Assembly: GCA_025839675.1 (NCBI GenBank) | Contig: CP104013.1 | Span: forward strand, 4,170,001-4,202,000 | Length of the DNA: 32,000 nt | Source of the DNA: Candidatus Lokiarchaeum ossiferum | GTDB lineage: Archaea; Asgardarchaeota; Lokiarchaeia; Sigyniarchaeales; Promethearchaeaceae | Direction of reading: 5' to 3' | Shown here: positions 1 through 8,758 of the stretch, in pieces | Layout: each line of letters opens with the position of its first letter | Position numbering within the stretch: the stretch's first letter is position 1 | The notes under the pieces: generated by a model | What the model was told of the DNA's origin: nothing | What the model saw: the letters and a program-made list of their open reading frames with translations, nothing else | Database searches by the model: none | Position numbers and translations under genes: made by a program

Positions 1-293
1 AGAATCACTCCACGCCAGAAGATCACTTTTTAATTAGTTTTTTTCTTCCTAAAGAGATTCCGCTCTTCTTTCTTACTATTTCGACCACAATTTTTTCTTT
101 TGTCAGCAAATAAATTCTCTTCTGAGTTATGGGTTGAATAAAAGCAAACCCAGAGAGATTTGTTTCGCAATTTTTGGTAAAAAACAACTCATTAGTGCTA
201 TGGCAAATTTAGTTATATAAAAAAATGTAGAACAAAGGTTTTTCTTAATTCAAAAATCCCAATGTTTTAGTACGTTGGCGATTTTCGTAACAT

Positions 294-968
294 ATGGTTC
301 TTGATGAGAAAGTTTCAGAAAAAATTGCCAAAGCAATCTCTGATGGAAATTTTAAACAAGCGTTAAAATTGATCACCCCTCCCCTAAAAGAGGATCCTAC
401 TAACGTTTCTTTATTACTTGACCATGGATTTGTCTCCACAAATTTAAACAAATTTGCCGAGGCTGAGGAATCCTACACCAAGGTTACTGAGTTACTTCCT
501 GATAGTGCATCTGGTTATGCGGGATTAGGATTTACTTATCGAATTCAGGGCAAAAACGGTGATGCCGTCAAGGTATTTTTAAAAGGAATTGAAATTTCCC
601 CTGATAATGCCATGATTCATTATGAGTTGGGTGAAACCTTCTTTGATATGGATCAGTATGAAAATGCTTTAAAGGCTTATTATAAAGCAATTCAATTTGG
701 CGGGGCCGAAAATGAAGCAGAAACATTACATCGAATTGCTCAAGTACATTTAGGGATGGAAGAGCCAGATAAAGCCTTGGAAATTGCCCAAAATGTTTTG
801 AAAAAGGATCCAGGATATCTATCGATATACAATATTATGGGTGTTGCTGCATATATGAAGGAATCATGGAAAGATGCAATGAAATATTTTGAAAAATACT
901 TGAAAGCAGTTCCTGATGATGAAGCCGCTTTAAGTATTATGGAAGAAATCAAAGAAAATTTGAAATAA
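294..968 (+). CDS. TPR (tetratricopeptide) repeat protein
   Basis: 224-aa ORF with ATG start. It has successive ~34-residue helical repeats with the small/aromatic TPR pattern (e.g. AEESYTKVTELLPDSASGYAGLGFTY, ENALKAYYKAIQFG, DKALEIAQNVLKKDPGY, KDAMKYFEKYLKAVPDD). Confidence 0.75.
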   Translation: MVLDEKVSEKIAKAISDGNFKQALKLITPPLKEDPTNVSLLLDHGFVSTNLNKFAEAEESYTKVTELLPDSASGYAGLGFTYRIQGKNGDAVKVFLKGIEISPDNAMIHYELGETFFDMDQYENALKAYYKAIQFGGAENEAETLHRIAQVHLGMEEPDKALEIAQNVLKKDPGYLSIYNIMGVAAYMKESWKDAMKYFEKYLKAVPDDEAALSIMEEIKENLK

Positions 969-1141
969 TTTTTTAGTTCTTTGAACTCTCTTTTTTCAAT
1001 TTCTTTCCAGTTGAACTTTAATCATTGTACGAATGATCCTTTTTCTTCAAACTAACAATTAATTGTTTTTTTAAGAAAGAAAGAGAAAAAATTTTTGATA
1101 ATAGAATTAAAGGTTCAAGAAAAATATTATCGATGTGAGTT

Positions 1142-1327
1142 TTAAAATTCCTGTTTAACATTTATATTTGATTCGATATTAAGAACGCGTTTGAGAAGAT
1201 CATCCATTTTATCTTTCATTACTACATTTTTATCTTCTAAATCTGCTCGTTCCATTCGGTCCAATCGGGTAACAATATCATCTATTTTTTCCATCATTGT
1301 TTTAACATAATCGCTGAGCTTGATCAT
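1142..1327 (-). CDS. small charged coiled-coil-like hypothetical protein (61 aa)
   Basis: ATG-started ORF lying 30 bp downstream of, and co-directional with, the 261-aa gene. It has a heptad-like D/E/K/L-rich sequence and no recognisable family. Confidence 0.4.
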   Translation of the reverse strand: MIKLSDYVKTMMEKIDDIVTRLDRMERADLEDKNVVMKDKMDDLLKRVLNIESNINVKQEF

Positions 1328-1357
1328 TTCTGTTCACTACTCTTTAAAATTTAAAGC

Positions 1358-2143
1358 TCAATTACCTGTCCCACAAAATGGACACATCTTCCATCCAGGT
1401 TGTAATTCTTTACCACAATTGCTGCAAGATCGTTTCAATCCTGTTCCACAATAGGGGCACATCATATAATCTGGAAGAATTTTTTTTCCACATGATTGAC
1501 AAGAAAGATCACTAATAATTGATGAACTTGTGGTTGATACACTTGGAGAAATTCCGCTTTTTTTTGCTTTTCTCTTAGCTTTCTGAACTACTCTATACTC
1601 TTCAAATAATTTTTCTCCATTTGTGGTCATTTTGATGCGTGGATTTGCTTTGTCATCAACCATCTCAAATAAATTGCAATAAACACCATAATTAACAAAT
1701 GAATCGATGATTTGTTTTCTGATTTCTTCTCGAACCTTGCCTAAAATAATATAAAATGCCTTCGCAATTTCATCCACCTTCATTGATTTTGATTCAGAAA
1801 CAATCGTCCGATAAATAATATCCCGATATGGATCTATGGTTAAAATATTCTTGGCGATAATTAATTGTCGTTCTCCTTTTGTTTCACTTAACCATTTTTC
1901 ACCTAAATCGTTGATACAATAAGTATCATCATCTTCTTTTTCTAATAGTTTGAGGATTTCACCACTATGTAATCCTTCATCCAAACTATTTTCCTCTAGC
2001 ATGGTAGCAATTTTCAAGGATGGGATAGACGCTTCTCCTCCTTTGAAATTAATTGCTTCAATCACTTTCAATAAAACATCATAGTGTCCAAAAAGGAACA
2101 TCATCGCTTCACTATGATCTGCTCTAATTAATTCAAGACTCAT
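1358..2143 (-). CDS. hypothetical protein with C-terminal double zinc-ribbon
   Basis: 261-aa ORF. The C-terminus reads CQSCG-x11-CPYCG then CSNCG-x10-CPFCG, i.e. two consecutive CxxC..CxxC ribbons, preceded by a K/S-rich linker. The N-terminal ~190 aa is helical with no family recognised. Confidence 0.6.
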   Translation of the reverse strand: MSLELIRADHSEAMMFLFGHYDVLLKVIEAINFKGGEASIPSLKIATMLEENSLDEGLHSGEILKLLEKEDDDTYCINDLGEKWLSETKGERQLIIAKNILTIDPYRDIIYRTIVSESKSMKVDEIAKAFYIILGKVREEIRKQIIDSFVNYGVYCNLFEMVDDKANPRIKMTTNGEKLFEEYRVVQKAKRKAKKSGISPSVSTTSSSIISDLSCQSCGKKILPDYMMCPYCGTGLKRSCSNCGKELQPGWKMCPFCGTGN

Positions 2144-2406
2144 CTTAGATACAAATAGAAAGAAAGCTTACTTATACCTTTTTTTTGGAAAGATTTTGGA
2201 ATAATTTAATTTGTATCGATATATGTCGAAAGGAGTAGTTTTGAAATAATTTCATCATATTAATATCTAATTACTTAATTCTTCAACTCCTTGCTTAAAT
2301 CGAGTTATTGAACATTTATTATTAACGTTCAATGGAATTATAGCAATGCTTTGAAATTAACTCTTAAAATTTTTTCAATATTGATTTTTAAAGATATAAA
2401 ACTTAT

Positions 2407-3414
2407 TTAAAGAAAAAGGTTCATCGAATCTGACAAGGAGATCTTCAAACGTTGATTTACTTGCATTAGAATTGGATCCTTAACAGAACAATTTTCTTCT
2501 AGAATTTGTCTAACTCTATGATCCGCCTCGTGGATTAAACGTATCTTTTCATCTGGTGTTAAATCCGCAGTTTCGCTGTATTCTTCAGCTAAATGCAATG
2601 GATCTTTATAATAATAGTGATATAATTCTTCAAATACTTTCAAATTCAATTCTAAAGATTCCAAATCCATTTTTCTATAATGTACTCTATTCTCGAGATC
2701 ATAACATTTTCGGATTAGCCGGGTCGCTTTTGGTGTGAGTACAAAGGAAGAAAAAGATTGCCAATTTCCCAATTTGAGGATATTGATCGAAATGAATTTT
2801 ACCAGCTGTTCTAAATGATTTCTGGAAATGTTTGCTAAAGAACGAATGGGATTTCCTTTAAAATTAAAAAGAGTGAACACATACTTTGGAACTTGTTGAA
2901 AAAATCGAGGAAAATAAGATATTTTATTATTACTGAGATCTAATACTTCCAACTTCGTTAAATCTTGAATAAATTCTGGGAGAAACGAAAGTTGATTATC
3001 CTTTACAGATAATACTTCAAGATTTTTTAATTTTCTAATTGATTCAGGTAGATAGAGCAAATCATTATTGGAGATATTTAAATGTTTTAAATGGGTAAGG
3101 TTTTCAATGGATTCTGGAATCCTTTGTATTTTGCGATACAAAAGAATCAAATGTTCTATATGAAAGGGATTGGTGATCCTTAAAATAAGATGACCTTTTT
3201 GCACTTCTAAACTTTCGATATCCATGTGTTTGTAGTAAGGATTTTGCATGTCAGTAAATAGCGATTCTTGGAATATTTTGATATTTTCCTTTAGTTGATA
3301 GACAATATCATCAAGTGCTTTTTTCTCCTGTTCAGGGAATTGCATGGAAAGTTCATGCGATCCTAAAGTCTTGTATTTGTGATTACCTTGCCAAACAATT
3401 CGGGGATATTTCAT
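2407..3414 (-). CDS. leucine-rich repeat (LRR) protein
   Basis: 335-aa ORF. The central tandem LxxLxxLxLxxNxLxxLP repeats read LTHLKHLNISNNDLLYLPESIRKLKNLEVLSVKDNQLSFLPEFIQDLTKLEVLDLSNNKISYFP. The flanking N- and C-terminal regions are unassigned. Confidence 0.8.
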   Translation of the reverse strand: MKYPRIVWQGNHKYKTLGSHELSMQFPEQEKKALDDIVYQLKENIKIFQESLFTDMQNPYYKHMDIESLEVQKGHLILRITNPFHIEHLILLYRKIQRIPESIENLTHLKHLNISNNDLLYLPESIRKLKNLEVLSVKDNQLSFLPEFIQDLTKLEVLDLSNNKISYFPRFFQQVPKYVFTLFNFKGNPIRSLANISRNHLEQLVKFISINILKLGNWQSFSSFVLTPKATRLIRKCYDLENRVHYRKMDLESLELNLKVFEELYHYYYKDPLHLAEEYSETADLTPDEKIRLIHEADHRVRQILEENCSVKDPILMQVNQRLKISLSDSMNLFL

Positions 3415-3510
3415 TTGAAAGCCTTTTTTTAAAATCTTTAATTATTTATAAAATCATCACAAAAGTTGTTTCAAACTGAAAGATAAATTAAGAATTAAAA
3501 AGTTATAAAG

Positions 3511-3518
3511 AAAAAAAA
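3511..3518 (-). terminator. oligo-T (T8) run directly after the uL15 stop; candidate archaeal terminator for the r-protein operon
   Basis: A8 on the plus strand (T8 on the coding strand) begins 1 nt after the TAA stop at 3520-3522. Archaeal RNA polymerase terminates at oligo-T tracts. Confidence 0.4.
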
Positions 3519-3519
3519 C

Positions 3520-4011
3520 TTATTCTGCTTTCGCAGTTAAGGTAAGTTTGCATTTGGCTTCCGTCATCTTTTCAACGGCGCCTTTGCTGGCTTTGGCTAC
3601 AGTAATATCCAATTTCTTGGTGATTTTACCTTTTCCGATAAGCTTATTGTAGCCCAAAGATTTCAAATCGATCATATAGGTTTCCCCTTTCTTTTCGATC
3701 TTTTCTTCTGCTAACCATTTATCAGCAATAAGCTCGATATCTTTGAGGTTGATCGGTGTAACTTTTTGGATTCGACGAATGTTTTGAGGTCGTATAAATC
3801 CTGTTTTACCTATTCGCCATTTATCTCCATCAGGGCCAGGAAAGCCTTTAGCTTTCATCATTTGGTAATAAGACCATTTATATTTGAATTTTCCTGCTGT
3901 AAGTCCGTGACCACCGGTTTGACCTTTGGCTCGATGTGCTCCAATGGTTCCATACCCTCGAGTTCGATTAGCATGCATTTTTCGGCTTTTCTTTCTGTGT
4001 GTTGTTGGCAT
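3520..4011 (-). CDS. rpl15: 50S ribosomal protein uL15 (L15/L27a type)
   Basis: The N-terminus MPTTHRKKSRKMHANRTRGYGTIGAHRAKGQTGGHG is typical of archaeal/eukaryotic uL15. It occupies the last position in the conserved cluster. Confidence 0.93.
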   Translation of the reverse strand: MPTTHRKKSRKMHANRTRGYGTIGAHRAKGQTGGHGLTAGKFKYKWSYYQMMKAKGFPGPDGDKWRIGKTGFIRPQNIRRIQKVTPINLKDIELIADKWLAEEKIEKKGETYMIDLKSLGYNKLIGKGKITKKLDITVAKASKGAVEKMTEAKCKLTLTAKAE

Positions 4012-4024
4012 TTTGATTATCTCC

Positions 4025-4576
4025 TTAGATCATTTTTTTAAGGTAAACATTGATCTTATCGCCAATGTTGCCTAAAACGCCGCCAGCTGCAATAGGTTTC
4101 TTAATGGAACCTTTGAATCCCCCAATTGGAGGGTGTAATCTGAATACTGGCTTCAGATCTTTCACTTCTTTTAATCGAATTTTCCCTTCATGGAGTGCTT
4201 TTGCTAAATCACCAATAGATTTATAGACTGTTGAGAATCGGATGTGTTCATCAGTTAAAGGTTTGCTTCCACGTAAAAGTGCTCGCTTGGCTAATAACTT
4301 TTTAAGAGATTCTTCGGAAACAGTTCCATAAGCAATATAATCTTTAGCTTTTTGCAACATTCCTCGGGTAGATGCGTCAGTACGTAAGAGAGTGCAACTG
4401 TTGACCGAATAAAGATTCATTAAATGAAGGGTGTTTAAAATTTTACGATTCATTCCATGAGCACCTCGAATCCGAATAACACATACGGTTTCTTCTGGTG
4501 CTGGTTCTTTTTTAACCTTCTTTGAAACTTTAGCAACATTTTCTTTTTCAGTTTTTACTTTGCTTGACATTTTCAT
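4025..4576 (-). CDS. rpl30: 50S ribosomal protein uL30 (L30/L7 type)
   Basis: The core VIRIRGAHGMNRKILNTLHLMNL..GTVSEESLKKLL..FRLHPPIGGF matches archaeal L30 / eukaryotic L7. It sits between uS5 and uL15 as expected. A lysine-rich N-terminal extension is present. Confidence 0.9.
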   Translation of the reverse strand: MKMSSKVKTEKENVAKVSKKVKKEPAPEETVCVIRIRGAHGMNRKILNTLHLMNLYSVNSCTLLRTDASTRGMLQKAKDYIAYGTVSEESLKKLLAKRALLRGSKPLTDEHIRFSTVYKSIGDLAKALHEGKIRLKEVKDLKPVFRLHPPIGGFKGSIKKPIAAGGVLGNIGDKINVYLKKMI

Positions 4577-4588
4577 TTACCTCGTAGA

Positions 4589-5338
4589 TTATGCGCTCCA
4601 ATCTTCCTTAGTCATGACTTTATACATGTTTTCTAAGGCGTTGAAGACTGCTTTAGCCATATTGGATCGGTTTTTGGTATTTCCTTTGGTAATTGTCCAA
4701 ATATCCGTAATTCCTGCAAGTCGTAAAACGAGCTTTGCAGTATCGGAGCAGGCCAATCCGGTCCCTTTTGGGGCTGGTTTCAAAGTAACTCGTACACTTC
4801 CCATTTTTCCAGATGCTTCGAATGGGATTGAATGGTGTCCTCCGCAATTGCATTCCCAACTTCCACAACCCCGTTTGACTGGGATAATGTGTAGTTTAGC
4901 TTTTGCAATACCTTTGCGAATTCCAGGGCCTACTTCTTTATTCTTTGAGGAATTAAGTCCTACGAATCCATCTTTGTTTCCTACAACAACTGAACATTTG
5001 AATCGAGATTGTTCTCCTGCATCAGTTTGTTTCTGCACCATTTTAATATCGATGACTTCTTCTTTTAGGTTTGGAATAAGTGTGTCAAGAATTTCTTTTT
5101 CTTTAATGACATAGTTATTCTTTAAGATTTCGTCAACAGATGTAATTTGGCCCTCCTTCACTAATCGACCGAGTCGAGTTAAAGGTACCCAATCATCCAA
5201 TGGATTTCTTCTGACAAATGGTTTACGACGCTGACCGCCTCGTCCACCTCGATTGCCACCAGGACCACCTGGACCACGTCGGCCGCCTGAACCGCGTCGG
5301 CCACCTTGGTTACTTGAAGTTGATTTGTTTTCTGACAT
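4589..5338 (-). CDS. rps5: 30S ribosomal protein uS5 with Gly/Arg-rich N-terminal extension
   Basis: The core WVPLTRLGRLVKEGQI..VQKQTDAGEQSRFK..GFVGLN..KEVGPGIRKGI..GSVRVTLKPAPKGTGL is unmistakably uS5. The first ~48 aa are G/R-rich (GGRRGSGGRRGPGGPGGNRGGRGGQRR). Confidence 0.95.
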   Translation of the reverse strand: MSENKSTSSNQGGRRGSGGRRGPGGPGGNRGGRGGQRRKPFVRRNPLDDWVPLTRLGRLVKEGQITSVDEILKNNYVIKEKEILDTLIPNLKEEVIDIKMVQKQTDAGEQSRFKCSVVVGNKDGFVGLNSSKNKEVGPGIRKGIAKAKLHIIPVKRGCGSWECNCGGHHSIPFEASGKMGSVRVTLKPAPKGTGLACSDTAKLVLRLAGITDIWTITKGNTKNRSNMAKAVFNALENMYKVMTKEDWSA

Positions 5339-5341
5339 TTA

Positions 5342-5932
5342 TTACACCTTTTTTTCCATTTCGGATTTGACCTTCTTGAACTGGTCGACAATTTTGGTTG
5401 GGTCGCCCTTTTTCTTTAGAGTTGCAGAAAAGAGTTTTTTATATTTTTTCGAATCTTCTTTGGACAATGTTGCGGCATAATCTGCAATGTGTTGTCCAGC
5501 AATTCGATCTTCAGAGTTCTCACTGAACCATTCTTCACCATGAGGAACTTCAACTCCAGCATCGATAAATCCTTTGAAAGCAGCTTTCATACGATTATCG
5601 TGGACTAAAATTCCAACATCTAAGATAGCATCTTCGATACCGGCTTTTTTGGCTCGTAATCCGCAAAGATATCCTGTTAAGTATGCGGATGGGAGGTTGC
5701 CTGTATTGTAATACCAGCTAAATTCTTTTTCAAGTTGAGTCGAATGACTTTGTGCGAGTAATTTATCACCTACAACTGCCGATGCCATAACTTGCACAAT
5801 AGTGTGCTTGTTAGAAGATCGAACAATGAGACGATTTCGTCGGGATAAGACTAATTTTAATCTTCGATGGTAGTTGGTTTTGCCTTCGCGTCTTCTTCGG
5901 AAGGGAACCCTATACTTTGGACCGTTTGCCAT
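5342..5932 (-). CDS. rpl18: 50S ribosomal protein uL18 (L18/L5e type)
   Basis: MANGPKYRVPFRRRREGKTNYHRRLKL is the hallmark uL18 N-terminus. I placed the start at ATG 5932; the ORF-track start at 5941 is a GTG three codons upstream. Confidence 0.92.
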   Translation of the reverse strand: MANGPKYRVPFRRRREGKTNYHRRLKLVLSRRNRLIVRSSNKHTIVQVMASAVVGDKLLAQSHSTQLEKEFSWYYNTGNLPSAYLTGYLCGLRAKKAGIEDAILDVGILVHDNRMKAAFKGFIDAGVEVPHGEEWFSENSEDRIAGQHIADYAATLSKEDSKKYKKLFSATLKKKGDPTKIVDQFKKVKSEMEKKV

Positions 5933-5942
5933 TTTATTCACC

Positions 5943-6392
5943 TTAGCTCCTCATAAGTTTGTGTTCATCGATATATCGGTGTAGTGTTGCAACAGAGTTG
6001 AATGCCCCACCTTTGGCTTTCAGATATAATTCTCGATAAACGGATACTTCTATTCGTTCAGTAGATCGTAATTTTTTCAATTCACGTCTTAAAGGTCTAA
6101 TCTTGTTAATCCAGTTTCGTTTTGGATCAGATCGAGCAGATTTTAACCCTTTTCGACTTCCATATCCACGAGCACGTCCTTTTTGTTTCTTCTTTAATTG
6201 TTCGTTGGCTCGTCCTCGGGACACACCTTTTTTGTATCGTTTAGTAATGATTTTATTTTTAATTAAATTACGAATGTCTTCACGAGTGATGGCCATTAAA
6301 ACATCTTCCATAGCATCAGGATGAACATATACCCGATGTACTCCACATTTTAAGACTTCAGCCGCGAGTCGTTTTTGAGCGTTAATATTCAT
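5943..6392 (-). CDS. rpl19e: 50S ribosomal protein eL19
   Basis: MNINAQKRLAAEVLKCGVHRVYV..GRANEQLKKKQKGRARGYGSRKG is typical of L19e, and the gene order is conserved. Confidence 0.93.
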   Translation of the reverse strand: MNINAQKRLAAEVLKCGVHRVYVHPDAMEDVLMAITREDIRNLIKNKIITKRYKKGVSRGRANEQLKKKQKGRARGYGSRKGLKSARSDPKRNWINKIRPLRRELKKLRSTERIEVSVYRELYLKAKGGAFNSVATLHRYIDEHKLMRS

Positions 6393-6409
6393 TGTAATTT
6401 AACCTCCAA

Positions 6410-6982
6410 TTATTCCGAGACCTCTTCTGAGTCTTCGGTTTCTTCTTCCTCAGAAGGTTTCTTTTCTTTTAATTTTTTGATTTGATCGCGCTTAGATTTT
6501 GGTTGGGATTCTGATTCTTCGTCTTCCATTTCTTCGTCAGTTTCTTCTTCCTCTTCAACGTCTTCTAAGTCTAACATTTCGTCTTTTCCAAGACCGCTGT
6601 TTAATACTCGAAATCCTTGTTCACGAGCAATTTCTACAATATTTAATTTCTTTCGTGCACCAAGTCGTGCAGCAATTCGGATTGCATGGAATTTTGGATC
6701 AAGGGTTTCTAATTCTTTGACGTGCATTACTAAAATATCTTCTAATCCGGATGGATGTAATCCTCGTATATTTTTTGGAGATCCGAAACCAGGTTCAGGT
6801 GAAACGACCCCATTTTTAGTCTTACGTCGGGTTTTGTTATCAATACCTCGTTGTTTTCTCCATCCACTTTTTGAGAGTTTTTTGTATCGCCAAGATTCGA
6901 ATCGAGCAAAGCTTGGGCGTTGTTTCTTTTTAGTAGTGCGAACTCGTAATAATCTGTTTTTTTCTTTTAAGTTCATTTTCAT
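6410..6982 (-). CDS. rpl32e: 50S ribosomal protein eL32 with long acidic C-terminal tail
   Basis: The L32e core reads FARFESWRYKKLSKSGWRKQRGIDNKTRRK..GFGSPKNIRGLHPSG..IAARLGARKK. About 55 extra C-terminal residues are dominated by E/D/S/K. The start is taken at ATG 6982; the track start at 6988 is GTG. Confidence 0.9.
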   Translation of the reverse strand: MKMNLKEKNRLLRVRTTKKKQRPSFARFESWRYKKLSKSGWRKQRGIDNKTRRKTKNGVVSPEPGFGSPKNIRGLHPSGLEDILVMHVKELETLDPKFHAIRIAARLGARKKLNIVEIAREQGFRVLNSGLGKDEMLDLEDVEEEEETDEEMEDEESESQPKSKRDQIKKLKEKKPSEEEETEDSEEVSE

Positions 6983-6996
6983 TTTCACCTATGAGT

Positions 6997-7578
6997 CTAT
7001 TTGATTGTCCAAAATTGTGTTTCTCCGAGAGATTTTTCGAAGACATAAACTCCATCTTTGAAGACTCGTTTATCTTTGTCTTTGATCTTGCACAACTTTT
7101 GAATGTTGGCACAGGTTTGGCCAACGGCTTCTTTGTCAACACCGGATACAATAACTTCTTCCTTATTGGCTTTTACAACTACATCACCAATAGTATGAGT
7201 CGTTCGAGGTGCTCGTTCTCCAATGAAATTTTTAATGAGAATTGCTGTTTTTCCTTTTTTAGGTGGTTCTACGGTAATTGGAAAGTGAGAATATACAATT
7301 TTCATTTTATAAACATAACCTTCTTGCACTCCTTTGAACATATTGAGTACATGGTTTTGTAATGTTCCTACCAGCGCGATTTGGCGCTTGCGTGGAAAAT
7401 CAGCATGGAAATAAAGCATATTGCCGATGTGTGTAATTTGGACTGCTTTTGCATGTGCAAAATCTCTTACAATGGTGCCTTTTTTTCCTTTAACGGTGAC
7501 TTTTTTATCATCCGATAAAGTTAGAGTGACATCGCTAGGGATTTCGACTTCAGTATCTGTACTTACTAATTTAACCAT
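6997..7578 (-). CDS. rpl6: 50S ribosomal protein uL6
   Basis: It has the two-domain L6/L9e pattern (VEIPSDVTLTLSDDKKVTVKGKKGT...YSHFPITVE...) and the conserved position between uS8 and eL32. Confidence 0.93.
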   Translation of the reverse strand: MVKLVSTDTEVEIPSDVTLTLSDDKKVTVKGKKGTIVRDFAHAKAVQITHIGNMLYFHADFPRKRQIALVGTLQNHVLNMFKGVQEGYVYKMKIVYSHFPITVEPPKKGKTAILIKNFIGERAPRTTHTIGDVVVKANKEEVIVSGVDKEAVGQTCANIQKLCKIKDKDKRVFKDGVYVFEKSLGETQFWTIK

Positions 7579-7594
7579 TTTACATCAACATTCC

Positions 7595-7987
7595 TTAATA
7601 TACATAAGCAAGTAATCGGCCACCCACATGTTGTTTCTTAGCTTCGATATGAGACATTACACCTTTGCTGGTAGAAAGTAAGATCATTCCGAAATCTACA
7701 GCAGGTAAGTAATTTTTCTCTTCCGCTTCAATGTGTTTAGCTTTGATTGCTTTTCGGGGTTTTATAACCCCAATTTTATTTATTCGACCAAGTAATTCAA
7801 CTTTGAATTTACCTTGTCTTCCGTCATTAATGCTTTCATATTCTGCAATATATCCGTTTGCTTGTAAAATCCGTAATACGGTTCCAATCAATTTTGATCG
7901 GGGGTGGATAAGCACGGTACTCTTACAGACGGTTTCGGCATTTTTGATAATGCTACAAGCATCTGCTAATGGATCTAATAGTGTCAT
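7595..7987 (-). CDS. rps8: 30S ribosomal protein uS8
   Basis: [18 protein letters not shown]...[29 protein letters not shown] is the canonical S8 N- and C-terminus. Confidence 0.93.
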   Translation of the reverse strand: MTLLDPLADACSIIKNAETVCKSTVLIHPRSKLIGTVLRILQANGYIAEYESINDGRQGKFKVELLGRINKIGVIKPRKAIKAKHIEAEEKNYLPAVDFGMILLSTSKGVMSHIEAKKQHVGGRLLAYVY

Positions 7988-8000
7988 TTTTTGTAGCCTC

Positions 8001-8165
8001 CTAGAAATATTTTTTAAAGCCCATTGGCCCAGCTACTTCTCTAAAGCAGCGTCGGCAGACATTGATTCCATAAGCGCGGATTAATCCCCGATGGCTTCCA
8101 CATCGTCTGCATGCACGTGAGCCTTTTCCTTTTTGAGATAAAGTTAATGTTCGTTTTTCTGCCAT
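8001..8165 (-). CDS. rps14: 30S ribosomal protein uS14 (zinc-ribbon, short type)
   Basis: This gene is absent from the ORF track because it is under 60 aa. My hand translation of the minus strand gives [54 protein letters not shown], with a CxxC..CxxC motif. It sits exactly between uL5 and uS8. Confidence 0.88.
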   Translation of the reverse strand: MAEKRTLTLSQKGKGSRACRRCGSHRGLIRAYGINVCRRCFREVAGPMGFKKYF

Positions 8166-8175
8166 GATATATCAC

Positions 8176-8745
8176 CTAATAATAACGTTCCTCCATTTTT
8201 TCTACTACTTCAGCACCCACAACGGTTTGCATAAAGAATTGTGCTTCGGCTTTGGTGAGATAATGGTTTCGGCCAATTTTGCGTCTAAATTTCTTTCGAG
8301 ATCGAATGCGAAATCCTGGGCGAACTAATCGAACAGATACGTTAAATCCGAAAATTCCAAGTTCGGGATCATACTTAACTCCTGGAACTTTGATATGTTC
8401 ATCCACTCCCCATGAAACAGATCCACGGTTGTCGAATGCACGAGCTAAAATTCGGTTGTCTGTTGGAACTAAGGTTCGTTTTATGATATCTAGTGCAACA
8501 TCTCCTCGTAAGGTTACTTTGGTTGCGATGGATTGAGTTTTTCGGACTCCCCATTCTTTTACATTTTTCTTAGCTTTAAGAATGACTGGTTGAGTTCCGG
8601 TTAAATCTTCCAATACTTTGGAGGCTTTCACTAATTCTTCTCCTGCTTGACCGACACCGATGTTTACAACAACTTTATCGATGAAAGGCATTTGCATTGG
8701 ATGTTTCCATTTTGTTTTAAAATCTGACTCTTCTGGGTTTGCCAT
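8176..8745 (-). CDS. rpl5: 50S ribosomal protein uL5
   Basis: The sequence PMQMPFIDKVVVNIGVGQAGEE..KVTLRGD..FGFNVSV is typical L5. The start is placed at ATG 8745 (MANPEESDF), 13 nt after the eS4 stop. The longer track ORF would overlap eS4. Confidence 0.92.
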   Translation of the reverse strand: MANPEESDFKTKWKHPMQMPFIDKVVVNIGVGQAGEELVKASKVLEDLTGTQPVILKAKKNVKEWGVRKTQSIATKVTLRGDVALDIIKRTLVPTDNRILARAFDNRGSVSWGVDEHIKVPGVKYDPELGIFGFNVSVRLVRPGFRIRSRKKFRRKIGRNHYLTKAEAQFFMQTVVGAEVVEKMEERYY

Positions 8746-8758
8746 TTTATTTAACCTC

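Noticed and set aside
4560-5114. 184-aa plus-strand ORF, with similar antisense ORFs at 3766-4041, 6103-6324, 6499-7004, 6991-7362, 7421-7615, 7731-8084, 8279-8536, 9415-9879, 9956-10612, 10643-11110, 11536-11772 and 12097-12531
   Set aside because: All lie antisense to highly conserved ribosomal-protein genes, and their translations are low-complexity with no recognisable motifs. Long antisense ORFs are an expected artefact opposite strongly biased coding sequence.
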